A DNA stretch of 64,000 nt, taken from the NCBI GenBank assembly GCA_964106915.2, contig OZ066915.1, one strand, 5' to 3'. Source of the stretch: Podarcis gaigeae (Eukaryota). Made by a program: the position numbers and the translations under genes. The notes beneath the pieces were generated by a model. The model had not been told where the DNA came from. It did not search any database and worked only from the letters and a program-made list of their open reading frames with translations. Numbering within the stretch: the stretch's first letter is position 1; every line of letters begins with the position of its first letter. Shown here in pieces: positions 1-12,400 of this stretch.

Positions 1-1008
1 GGTACAAATGCTCTAAATAAATAAATAAATAAATCCTTGCTGACTGAATTGACTTGTTTTCTGGATGTTTAGCTCTGCTGAATTAACATAAATGCTTATT
101 CCAGGGATTCTCTCTGCTGAGAAGGAGCCAGGAAAACTTGGCTGGGCTTGCTGAATGATATTGGGGGCAAGATTTAAGGAAGGGGGCAGCAGGAACCAGT
201 TTATGTGGGTTAATCAGTGCTGCATTATTACTGTTATTATAGATTAATAAGTAGAGACTTCTATGCTCAACTGAAGATTTATAAACATACCATGAAAACA
301 GCTTTAAAAGCATTTTTTAAAAAGTAGAAAAGCAACAACTTTAGGCTTAAAGACAATACAGAATGAAAATCTAAGGCAGATTATCTTTTTATTGAGTTGG
401 AAAAAGCTTGTGGAAACAAAAAATATCTTCAAATGTTTCTGGAAAGGACAAGTGGTAGACACCTGTCAATTAGGATCAGTTAGGATCCTGTTCCACAGAA
501 CAGGGGCACCCACCCTAAAAGCCCTGCTGTGGATTATTGTGGAGTGACCTCCTCATATTTGAGGGTCTTCGAGGGAAACTCTTCTGCTGCACGCAGTGAC
601 CTACAGGGAAAAGAAGTAGTAATATATTGGGCTCACAGGTTTTATAGGGGGATATTAATAATGGATATGAAATACCAGTATTGTGTAGCAGGGTGCTACC
701 TCCTCATGGAGCCTCCTTTTAGTCACATTTTTACAGCACTACTACTATTATTCTCTCTCTATAGAAAATGCATGCTGCCTTGTGGAGCGCCAAGCACACG
801 CCTGGCCTTAAATAATTTATCTAAATCATGTATATACACAAACACAAATATATAATTTAGCACTCCTTCACAAGGTTCACATTATGAAGATGGAATTCAA
901 GTTTTAATTAGGGCTGTATGCGCTTACTCTTTTAGCAATGATAAACTATATACTATAAATCAATGTATTACTATATATACTATATACTATAAATCATTAT
1001 ATTATATC

Positions 1009-1204
1009 CAGGGGTGCCAACTTGAATAAAATATTGGAGGGGGGCAGGTAAGCCTCGCCCCACATCACAAGACGTGGCACACGCGCACCATTTAAATGTC
1101 AATGCCCATCAACTTTTTTTTTGGGGGGGGAGGAAGCCTCCTCAAATATTTTATTCGTGGGCTGGGGGCGAAGGGACCTCGGCCCCTAGGGGTTGGCTGC
1201 AATG
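1009..1204. mobile_element. Short non-autonomous DNA element upstream of TIMP2; partial second copy at ~35119-35185
   Basis: CAGGGGTGCCAACTTGAATAAAATATTG shared by both sites; internal inverted GAATAAAATATT. Confidence 0.6.
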
Positions 1205-1804
1205 AATCTGTATCTCCGATAGCGCCAGGCGTGTGCTTGGCGCTCCACAGGGCTGCATGCTCTTCCCGAGCGGAGAGCTCCAGAAGGAAGGAGCTGTCAA
1301 CCAAAGAAAGCTTGCGCGGGTCGCCAGAAGCCGAGCCGAGCCGGGACCGGAGGCGAAGGGAGCGAGCAGCGCAAGAGGGCTGCCGGGAGCAGGCGAGCCG
1401 CCCGCTCTGGCCCAGTGCCACGGAGAGGAGGGGCAGCGAATCCCCAGAGCCCATTAAAAAGCCAGGCTTCGCCGAAGCTAGGAGAAGAAAACACCTCCAT
1501 AGAAGGCAGCAGCAAGCAGCAGCAGCAGCTACGATCTGCGAGGCTCCGATTCTTCCAGTGGCGGGATCTTTTTCCAACCCCCAACCAGCCCGAGAGAGAA
1601 GGCCGAGTGCAAAGCCCAAACTTTCGCGACTGCCTGCTGCCGCCGCCGCCGCCTAAGCGCCAGGAGTCGCCCTGGGATCGCCGCAGCAGCGGACGCAAAG
1701 AGAGAAGCACAGAAGATCGAGGCGGGCGCGCGCGCGCGTGTCTGGATGAGGCGGCAGCAGCAGTGAGCAGTCAAATCTCGCCTACCCGCCACCCCTCCTT
1801 CCTT

Positions 1805-1813
<9 letters not shown>

Positions 1814-1853
<40 letters not shown>
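1814..1853 (+). repeat. (CT)n microsatellite in the presumed TIMP2 5' UTR
   Basis: About 20 CT units ending ~36 nt before the ATG. Confidence 0.95.
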
Positions 1854-1856
<3 letters not shown>

Positions 1857-1889
1857 CTATCTATCTGTCTGTCGGTCTCTGTCCGCAAG

Positions 1890-2019
1890 ATGAGCGCTAC
1901 GCTCCCAAGCCTCTTGGCCTCGCTGGCCGTGTTGCTCCTGGGAAGGATGGACCGCCTCGCCGACGCCTGCAGTTGCTCCCCGGTGCATCCGCAACAAGCG
2001 TTTTGCAATGCAGATGTAG
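1890..2019 (+). CDS. TIMP2: TIMP2 coding exon 1 (signal peptide + [17 protein letters not shown])
   Basis: ATG at 1890; donor G|gtaag at 2020. Confidence 0.97.
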
Positions 2020-5000
2020 GTAAGAAAAGGACGGCCACCCTCCCCTTCTCTGCGGCTCCCCTAGTGGCTTCTTACGCGGCGTGATCCCACCCAGCATTTC
2101 TATCTTTCTCTCTCTCTGCCCCCCCCCCCCCGGCTGCTGCCTTCGCTCCCGCTGCAAACTCACTTGTTAGCAGCCAAAACAACCCCACCCCTTTATCCTG
2201 CAAGAAAAGAGCCGCGGTGCGCGCGGGGAAGGGAGTGGGGAGGTCGGTTCCCTCCTGCCCTGGCCTTGGCCAACAGTTGCTATTGTCAAGGAGGCTTTGG
2301 GGTTCACGAGATTGTTCCGCTGGCCAATTCTTTCCCCATCGGTTTAAGGCACACGCAGTCACACATACACACACAGAAGTGTCGTTCTCTGCTGGTATTC
2401 GCCTCTTTCCCCCGCCCTAGTACGCCCGCTCTGACCCGATCCACAGGAATTCATTGGAAAGCACAAAGGCAACCACGGACTCAAATTCCTCTTTTCTGAC
2501 GATGGCTTTCTGCCTGCAAGATGCAGGCTGCCAGGGTTTGGTGGGAACAGCTTTGATACGGAGGGGTGGGGAGAGGTGGTGGAAACGGGAGGGGAATGAA
2601 ACCAGGAAATGAAAACTTCACAAAGGCAAACGGAAAACGTCGGGCCATCTTCCCTGAGTCGACTCGGTCACACCGAAGGGTGTGGGGAGTGCTCCGTTCC
2701 TATTTGCATGAGTTAATTTTATACACACACACACACACACACACACACCTTTAAAAAATGCCTTTGCCAAAATAAACAGGGTGGGAGAGCCACATACTCC
2801 CCCACCCCCCAAAAAACCAACCTCCCAATTGGAAATTGACTTGCTGAACAGTTCTAGTGTAATTTAGCATGTGCACCTAGGTCCTATTTCTTTTTCTTGA
2901 ACTCAAGGTACAGCTGTCCTGTTATCACTGTTCTGGGGGTTGCAAGTTAATTCCCCTTGAACTAATTTGGTAGCGCTTCAAAACGCAGGGCTGGGCTGAC
3001 AGCCTACAAGGAGATCATCATCTTGTGGAGGAAGCTGGAGAGACAGATGGAGGGAGGCATGGGAGGATCTGAGGCTACAGAGCCTGTCTGATGGCACCAG
3101 AAGGGAAGCTGCAGGGCATGAGGAAGCTTGGTTGGGTCGGCGCAAAGCGGAAACCAGATTTCCATCGACTTACTGTATATAAATATCTTCACGGTTCCCT
3201 AAGCTCCTGGCTCAGGGGAAAGAAACTGTTCTCTTTCCTACGGGAGAATCTCGGCTCTGTTGACTATTTTTGCTGACTGCTGTTGCTTTTAATTGTCAGT
3301 AATACACCTCGGCTTCCTACTTCTGGGTGCCTTGAGCAACCCTCCAGGGAAACAGTATTTTTGTAACTAAGAGACTTTTTTTTGCCCAATCTGCATATCC
3401 TTCCTATGCAGTAATCAACTAGAGACCCAGGTTGCTTAATGAGCAAGGGCTCTGAGCATTCTATATACAGTATATATAATTTCATCATATCTGCAGCCCT
3501 TGTTGGTCGGAAACAGCAAGTGTAGCAATGTTTAAGGAGAGGCATAAAATCATAGTCATAGTACGTTGCCTCCTCACTTACTGCTTCTTAAGAGCTTCGT
3601 GTAGAAGTTTCTCACTGGGCCATAAGAGCACATTTAAAGCACATGGGTTCCTTCAAAGAATCCTGGGAACTTTAGCTTGTTAAGGTGCTGGGAATTGTGG
3701 CTCTTTGAGGTGCAAATGACCGTTCTCGGGGTTCTTTGTGGGAAGCCATGTGCTTTAAATGTATAGTGTGCATGTGACCTGTGTCTGCCCAAGAAGCAGG
3801 AATGCCCCTTTAGTACTTGTGTGTATGGGTTTAACTTTGCAATCCTTTCTTCATCATGAGAACAGAAGACTAGGGGCATTCTATTTCTGCAGTCAGGGTC
3901 TCTTGTGTCTGATCACCTAGTCCAGTCAGTCAGGGCATAATCTAAGACACTTTGCCAAGGCCACAGAACCTAATTTCAACGTGAGGGTGTGTAGCCTTGG
4001 AAGATGTGAAGTAATAATACAGGAGAGAGGGTCTTGCTCTCACTACAGAATAACCACATGAGGCTCCCCAATATTTGGGATTAGAGAACAGGACTTCCAA
4101 GTTATTGGGTTTGTGTGGTGTAAGCCTGAGTCTCCAGGACTTGCCTTTTTAGAAATTAACTACTGGAACAGAGGAGAAAAGTTCCCCGCCCCCCTTTCTG
4201 GCTGTCCAATCTGGGTCTCTGTAGGCCTAAAGACCTCTGGTCTGCCTGATTTGGGAAGACCTGATTTTGGATTGTGCTTTCTGTTCCACCTGCCGCTTCC
4301 CTGGCTTTGGGACGTGCAGGACTTTGGAGACCATTTTTTTTCCAGGCAGAGCAGTGCACCATGGGTACTAGCTTTCAGCGTGAGTGGGGAGAAGTCTGCA
4401 GTGTGGCCTTCTTCCCAGCATTGCTGGGGCCCTCATGAGAAAAATTAGCACTGTGTGTTTCCATCTTGATTCAATCAAGAACTTCATCTGCCAGCTCAGC
4501 TAAATGCTGAAGAAGAGGGCTTGATCATTCCATTTTGTGATGTCATAGTGTGCGTCCTTCGCATTTGGCAAATGGTGAAAAGGGCTGAATGGAGAGCCGA
4601 GTGAGAGAGCCTGCCTTGCCCTTCTCATTCACTAGGCACTCAGTGCTGGGTCACTCACTGGTGGCTCTTTTATTAGTAGGCGTTGCCATTCTCTTTTCCC
4701 AATTTGCTCAGCTTGGAAACTACTGAAAGGTCGAGCCTGATAGAGCTGGGCCTCAAATTCCACTTTTCCCTGTGAATAATCCCCTTATTAAATTTTAACC
4801 TATTAAACAAGCAGTCCTGGCCCCAGTTTGCCGATCTTGCTCTAGAGATGGAATTTGAAAATGCTCTGGCAGGGCAGCCTCTCTGCTGCAACAGTCTCGT
4901 CCATTAGAAGTTCCAGACTCTCAGGCTGCCTTCTCTGAAACTGTAGTGTGTCCAGGAACTGAGCAGCTGCTGTCAGCAGCAGCCATTTGTGGTTTCACTT

Positions 5001-6361
5001 TGCTTTTCCAGTGTCACTTCCCTCCACAGAAGTAGACATCTCTGAGATATGAGAACCAGTCATTGTATAGTGTCTGGAGCACATACTCTCAGCATCTAAA
5101 GCCTTTCATGTGGGAATCCAGTGAGACCTCACAGGACCCTTTTTGCTCCCTGCAACTAGCAAGAAGATCCTTTTAACCCCTTTTAACAACAAGCAACACT
5201 TTTAGTTCTCCATTGGCCATGCCTCAATTTCTACCAGGCTAGCAGAGAGGATGCCCCTAGCCCCATGCACTTTATAGTCAGGAATTGGACTGTGCAGTTT
5301 AACTTGCTCCCTTCTGTTTAGTATCCTTTCATTTGCACACCAAAGCCCAGCTTCTAGTTACGGCAGATTGCGAAGTAATCTGCCAATGTGCTTTATTCGG
5401 TAAATTATTGATTTGTGATATGAATGGATGTGAAGGTGACAAAGGCCTTTAGCAATATGCAGAAAAGTTTATTACTATGTATAACAAGCAAGTAGAAAGT
5501 CTATAGAGGAGTGTTAGTAGCCTAATAAAAATAAGGGTCAATATGGGAGAGAAGCCATATTGGTTATTCGGAAAACAGAAAACAAAATGTGAAATCTAAC
5601 ATGCATTCCAATCAGTGTTTCCTGATGTTCAGTTTTACCAGATGTGATCTAAGCTGTGAAACAGTGCTGAATACAACTATTTTTTAAACAATCATTTTTA
5701 TTTATTTTCCAATAAAAACAGCCACTGAATACAGCTATTTAAAGAGACATCTTGCTATAGGGTCTGCCCTCTTCCTATGCAAATGAGTTTTTCAGACCTT
5801 TTATTATGTATTCATGGAACACCACATTTGAAGGTACTTTGGGTCCAGTCTGTTTAGGATTATGTGCATTAATACAAGAACCTTGAATATGGTCTGGTAG
5901 CAAATTGGTAACCTCTTTTTAATAGGTACAGTTTGTTCATAAAAAGCTTCCCAGGATAGTTCATTGGTTAAAGAGTGTTGATTGTGTGAATAAAAGCTAA
6001 GGGAATTTGTGGGAATTACCTGGCAGGAAATGTGGACTGGCAAAAACCACTATTTGGAAAAAGTCAGTACAGCTATTGAAGTGTCACCCTCAGTTGGTTC
6101 TGCTGTGCGTGTGTGTTTGTGTGCATAGATGTAGCCAGGGGGGCAGCTGCCCCCCATCAAGTAAATAAATAAAAATACTTAACTAAAAGTAGAAATTGTA
6201 GAAATATTTTGACAGATTTTTTTGAGCACTTGGGTCAAAAGAAAGTAATTTAAAGTAAAAGTTGTTGAGACGTTTCATTCTTAATCTGCTAGACAGAGCC
6301 AGACAGAGGATGATGACAGGTGGGTGTCCTGCCCCCCCCCAACATAAATCCTAGCTATGCC

Positions 6362-6402
<41 letters not shown>

Positions 6403-9400
6403 GAATTATATACATTCACACTTAGGCTGTGTATACACTGCACATTTAAAGCACGCACCCCTCCAAAAGAATCATGGGAACTGTTGTTCACCCCTCACAA
6501 AGCTACAATTTCTAGTATCCATAACAAACTACAGTTCTGAGGATTCTTTAGTGGAAGCCATGTGCTTTATATGTATAGTGTTTACACAGCCACCCTGTTA
6601 CACATGGAGAGTTGCTTTCAGAAATGATGAGTTAGATTTTTAAAGACGTTTAGACAAATCCAGTAAATGGGTTACGGATTTTTATCAATAGTGATTAGCC
6701 ACAGCTAAACAGAAACTCCCCAGTCAGAGCAGTATACCTCCAGTTATCAGGTGCTGGAAACAGACTATAAGGGATGGGCACTGCCTTCATGCCCTGCTTG
6801 TCAACCTTCCCAGATGCATCTAGTTGGCCACTGTTAAGAAAAGAATGCTGGACAAGATGGACCTTGGTCATGCCCAGCAGGGCTCTTCTTATGTTCTTAT
6901 CCCATTCTCTCTCATGTGCAGGCAGGCACACAGATCAGTTTGCAGAGAGAGAGAGATTTGTGCTGTTTTTATTCCTCTCGGGAAGCCCTTTTGGCTGACA
7001 CGGCCCATGGAGAAACAACAGATGTCTGTTTACTCTGCTTGCATTCCATCGCACTGGCTTGTAGTAGAATCTATAGAAAGCAGCAGCAGCAGCCATGCTG
7101 CATTTTACTGTTTTCCTTCCCCTTCCCTGCAGTTGTTTTCACGTCATCAACTACAGCACCAGTTCATGGTGGCACAGGGTGCTATGATCTGCACACTTTA
7201 ATTGGAGTCCACTTCACATCTTGGCTCTGCAGTGGTAACTTTGTGCAGCATCATGCTGTGGATTTGTCCTCCTGGCTCCTACGAGTTCCCCAAAAGCACT
7301 TCTCTCTCCACTCAACTGACTGTCAGGTTAGAACCGTTAGATCATCTAGATCGGACTTGTACTGAGCAAGGCCAAGGAACAGGGCTGGGATTGCAAATGG
7401 GTGTGTGTATTGTGTTACATTTATTCACTTTTAAAACATCCAGATTCTTCCAGTAAAATATGCAAATTCTGTGTTCAGTATAATTTGGGCTAAACTAATG
7501 TGTCACTTGGAAGCATGTCAGGAATTTAATAATGACACACACACCCCTCTGGATTTTCATTCCAGCTTTAGTGTGCAGTGATGGAATCCCACCCCACAAA
7601 ATCCCACCCCACCTCCATGATGTTATTAGCCTTAGGAGGAAAAACACTCTTCCTACGTGCTATGGTCCTGATAAAAATCACTTCCTGCACCTATTACTTT
7701 TATTATTTTAAAATCTCTGATGTCCTTTCAAGTTACACACTTAGCATCATATGTGGTTTAACATTTAGTTGCAGCCTCAGAGATTTCTAAATACTTTGTT
7801 CTCAAGAAGTCCACTCTGATTCATTTAAAGTTTCTGACCTCCTGGGTGACTCACATACTTCTCCCAAACTGAAGCAGAGCTGTATATTTCAGGCTGTTGC
7901 CTGTTCTTGGGATGAGGAGGAAGGCCAATGGCCAGTTTCACTGGTCCAAGCCGGCTCTTCCCTTTTGCCTGGAACATGACTAATATAGTTCCAGCTGCAC
8001 CGACTACTATTACAATTCAAATTATTTACATTATTTACTATTGCTATTCACGTTATTTACATTTATATCCTGCCTTTCTTCCAGAAAACTCACAACAACC
8101 CTGTGAAGTAGATTAGGCTGAGAGAGTGTGACCCTGTAAACTTTGTGGCTGCAGGGGGTGGGATTTGAACCTATGTCTCCCCAGAGCTCACGTGTATCGC
8201 TGACCTGCTATATACAATGTTTTTGGCAGAGAGAACATGAAAGTGTACCCACCTCACTTTCCAAACCAGGATTTTCCCATGTTAACAATCAATATTAACA
8301 ACTTCTTGCTACATTTCCCCTACCATGGACAAGTTGTTTTATCCCCATTCCCTGCACCAGAACTGTGATCCAAACAAAATGCCCCCAAAGTGCTTTTGGC
8401 ATGGGAGAAAAGCTTTCATATGTGCTAGTGGCAGTTTCCTTTCCCTGCCAAACGGCCACTTCAAGGGTGGTATTTTTGCTGGGATCGTGGAAGAGTAAGG
8501 AAATGGTTAATAAAATAAAATAAAAATACCCTCACTGCAGTCTCAATCCCATGGCTGCTATTTAAAGTTTTTAAAAGAATCACATATTGCCAGGCTATGC
8601 ATTTAGATGTAACGTATAATTTGGCCCTACACAAAGAACTGGGGAGAAACAGAATATAGGATCTAGATGGGGAAAGGCAGAGCATAGGATTTGCAGAAAG
8701 ACATGGTGTGAGGCAGAAAATTTTCCAGTGCTCAATTTTTCCATGCAAAAAAATCATTGCATAAGTTCATTAGTAACTATAAATATTGGGCATGCTTGAC
8801 AGCTTTAAAGTTTTTACTTCTGTTTACTAACCGCAACTCCTATCAGCCATGGCCAGTGGCCAGGGATCATGGGAGTTGTAGTCCAGCAACATGCACCGCA
8901 TTGTCTTCCTTTGCTGTAGGACACCAGAATATTTTCCTTCACAAATTACCCTAATTCACCATTTCCTGGAAAACCCTCATCACTGCCAGAGAGGATGAAA
9001 GCGGACAGGAGAGGTTTTGACAAGTAGTTTTTGTAGGAAGAAATAAAATTGGTTGATAAAATCCTACCTTTCGAGAGTCCGAGAACATGGAAGGAGTATG
9101 TCATGTCATTTAGGGGCTTGTTTCATTCACTCTGCCGTATGTGTTGGTCTGCTTCCTGTGAACTCTGTTCCTGTGAACTCCTGTGAGCATTATAGCTATG
9201 CAATGCTTGGAGATAATTTGGTGATTCTCAAATGTGTTTGGATTTTGGAGAGACAGAGTTGACATTTGCTGGGGGTAGGTAGGGCACATCTGCATTGTGT
9301 ATAGGTGCTTTAATCTTTGCCAGCTGGGCAAGGCAATGCAACCAAGAAATGCCACTGGAGAATTTGGTGTCTGGAAACCAGTGGACAGATTCCCTGTTTT

Positions 9401-12400
9401 AGAGAGGATGTCCTAGGTATGGGCTGTGCAACATATCTAATAAGGTGGGGGATCTCTGCACTGTAAACTGTTATATACTCTTATATTACTGGGAGTTGTA
9501 GTTTGGTGTGTGCGCGCAATGAGAATTCTGCCTATACAATGCCGTCTTGAACACTGTAGCTACCCAGCTATCAAGAGCATGAGACTTATCCATGTAGAAC
9601 CATTCTGCACTTTCTGCTTTTTTTTTGTAGCTAGACTGTAGGTGGAAAATAATAAACATCGTACAGTACCTTGTTTTGGAAGATTTCATAACCTGGAAGG
9701 GCTCCCACAAGATGTAGGAGTAGCTGCTGTAGCTAATTTGGGCTGTATTCAATTCTAGCTCTGTGGTTTCTAATCCTTCCAAAGCACCTGACTGATACCC
9801 TCCAGCCCCAGCTACTTAAGCTCCATATTTGGCACTCGTGGGCCGTTAGACTACTAAAGCATAAGGTTCTCTCCAGAGCAGAAGCAAAGAGGGTATTTGG
9901 GCCCTCTCTATGGTTACTAGAAGGGATGTAAATGGCACCACAAATGAAGTACAGAGATGGGCAATATACAGTGGCACCTCGGGTTAAGTACTTAATTCAT
10001 TCTGGAGGTCTGTTCTTAACCTGAAACTGTTATTAACCTGAAGCACCACTTTAGCTAATGGGGCCTCCTGCTGCTGCCGCGCCGCCAGAGCACGATTTCT
10101 GTTCTTAACCTGAAGCAAAGTTCTTAACCTGAAGCGCTATTTCTGGGTTAGCGGAGTCTGTAACCTGAAGTGTATGTAACCTGAAGCGTATGTAACCTGA
10201 GGTACCACTGTATAGCTCATAGAGAGTTTTCCTGGGCGCCTCTGTTGTGCTGAGCTCAGCCATGCCAACTGAGACTAGCAGAGATGTTAACTGTATCTGT
10301 GAGAGCAAACTTAGCCTGCGTTGGGCACGGGAATGCTATAGCTGCGACTCATTTTTGAGAAGGACCACATCTTGCACTGCAGAAGGGCTGAAGGGATAGC
10401 AACATGAGTGAGCAGCCAACAGACTGCTGATGCTGTCGTCATACGATGAGAAGGGACTCAAGACTGCCTTTGGCTTTTGCATACTGGAAAGGAGGGGAAT
10501 AAAAACCCCTCTTGCTTCTGTGCCATTTGGGAGAAGAAAGTGGGCAAAGTGCACTGTAAAAGGGAGCTGTGCTGGAGGCCAAATGGAAACAACTCCAGGG
10601 GCCATGCTCTCAAATATCTTGGGCTGAAATTGGCATTTTCCTTACAGCAGGCTTGCTTCTGCTCTTCGGGACTGGGTTGTTTTTTTTAAGTGGGGGCATT
10701 TGTGAGTGCCTTCAGACTGTCGCTGTTTTGTAGGAGAGATTCAAGTGCATACAGGAAATTTAGGTTTGCACAGTTAAAGTAGTTTACCTTAGCACAAAAA
10801 AATCTACTTAAGAAAACAACATACTTTTTGCAGTTAGGAAAGTGGTGGGGGAATGTGCTAAGAAATGTGGAATGAACAAATGATTAACAGGAAGACATGT
10901 AAACACCACCACCCCACACACAAATCCAGAGGAATGCTCATTGTTGCATAACCTCCCCATAAAGAAATAATAACAAATGCTTACTAAAGATGGGGCATAG
11001 TTAAATCACCATGTAAGCTTTGTAGACGCAAATTAGGATGAATGCTCAATAAACAGGCTGTCTGAAGAAGCCCTAAGTGTTGGACTTGGGAAGAATAAGT
11101 TGTGAGAAGTGAAGGGGTGTCAGTGTCAAGTTCTGTACCTGCATGCCCTGTTTTGCTCTTACCCCAATATCAGGTTTAAACAGGTACCATAATGTCTGTG
11201 TCGTGGACATTTTGGGCTTTTTTTGTTTGTTTGCTTCTATCATGTTTTTAGCCTCATGCTACATTGAATGCGTTCTGTCTAGGACTGGACCATGCCAAAA
11301 TTGTGTGCTGACTAATAAATCCACTTGCTGGGGCTTGTTCTTTCTGGGCAAATTCTTCCAAAGATTGGTGCCAGTCCAACAGCTTGTGACAAGAGTCTTG
11401 TGCTAAGCATACTGGAATGCTGGCCAGGGGTGAGGAGAACAATTCATTACTATGGACCAAAGAAAGTTGGAGACTTTTTCCAGGTCAAAGTGGAAAGAAC
11501 AGATAGGTGACTCATAATCCAAAATCCATCAGAGTGCCTCCTCCCCATTTTAAAGCTGGAGGCTATGTGTCTCATACTTGTATGTGTCACTTTATTCTGA
11601 TATTTTACTCTGGGAATCTCTCTGGGACATCTGCCATGGAATCCATTTAAACCTCATTATTATTGTGTTTTGCATTGCCAGTGCTTCAGATCTGTAGATT
11701 ATAGCTGGGGTCGCATTACTACTATGTACTTTTTAGACTTCCTGTCTTCTGTTTACACATATCCTACAGTTTCTGAGAAGCTTTGCTGGCTTTTCCCATG
11801 TGGAAAGTTCTGAATTATTATTTTTTAATAAAACTGTGTTTATGACTGGCTTTGAATCTCATACTGTATACCTATTTTTAATTCACGTCCCTGTTCATTC
11901 AGAGTCTTTCACCCAGACATACATAGCACAGATTCTTCTGGCTAAGAAGTTTCTCACAGTTCTCAAACACTCACTCAACCGTTGGTAAATCTGGGATGGA
12001 TGGCGGAAGAATCTCACCTTACCTCATAATGTGTGTTGTGGCTTGGTTTTCTTCAGCTTCTTTGGGTTTGTCTTGCTGTGTTTGTTTCTTGCCTTTATTA
12101 TCCTCACTTCTTCTGTAGTGACTTGGTCTCTGCTTTATATACACTGAGTGTGGAATGTAGATAATCTCTGAGAAAAAGAAGTGGGGACTTGACCTTAGTC
12201 TACCCTGCATTGGAGTGAAAGGGCTCCACAAGTGCAGAATTAAGTTTCTTGTCTGCTGTTGCATTTGTGGTAACATCTCTGAGGGCAAGTCAAGTTCCAG
12301 AACATCTCTGTCATTCCCCTCTACCCCAGAAAACATAGTTGTCAATGAACTCCCTCTTCATCCAAGAACACAGACCCTCCAAGTGTCCCTATTTTCCAGG

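Larger units (their letters stand above)
1210..2430 (+). promoter_or_regulatory. TIMP2 CpG-island promoter / 5' UTR, TATA-like ATTAAAAA at 1453-1460
   Basis: High GC and CpG density around exon 1; boundaries approximate, TSS not known. Confidence 0.75.

Noticed and set aside
1092-2038. Overlapping 137-202-aa ORFs on both strands at the TIMP2 promoter
   Set aside because: Stop-poor GC-rich CpG island and microsatellite translations with no recognisable domain
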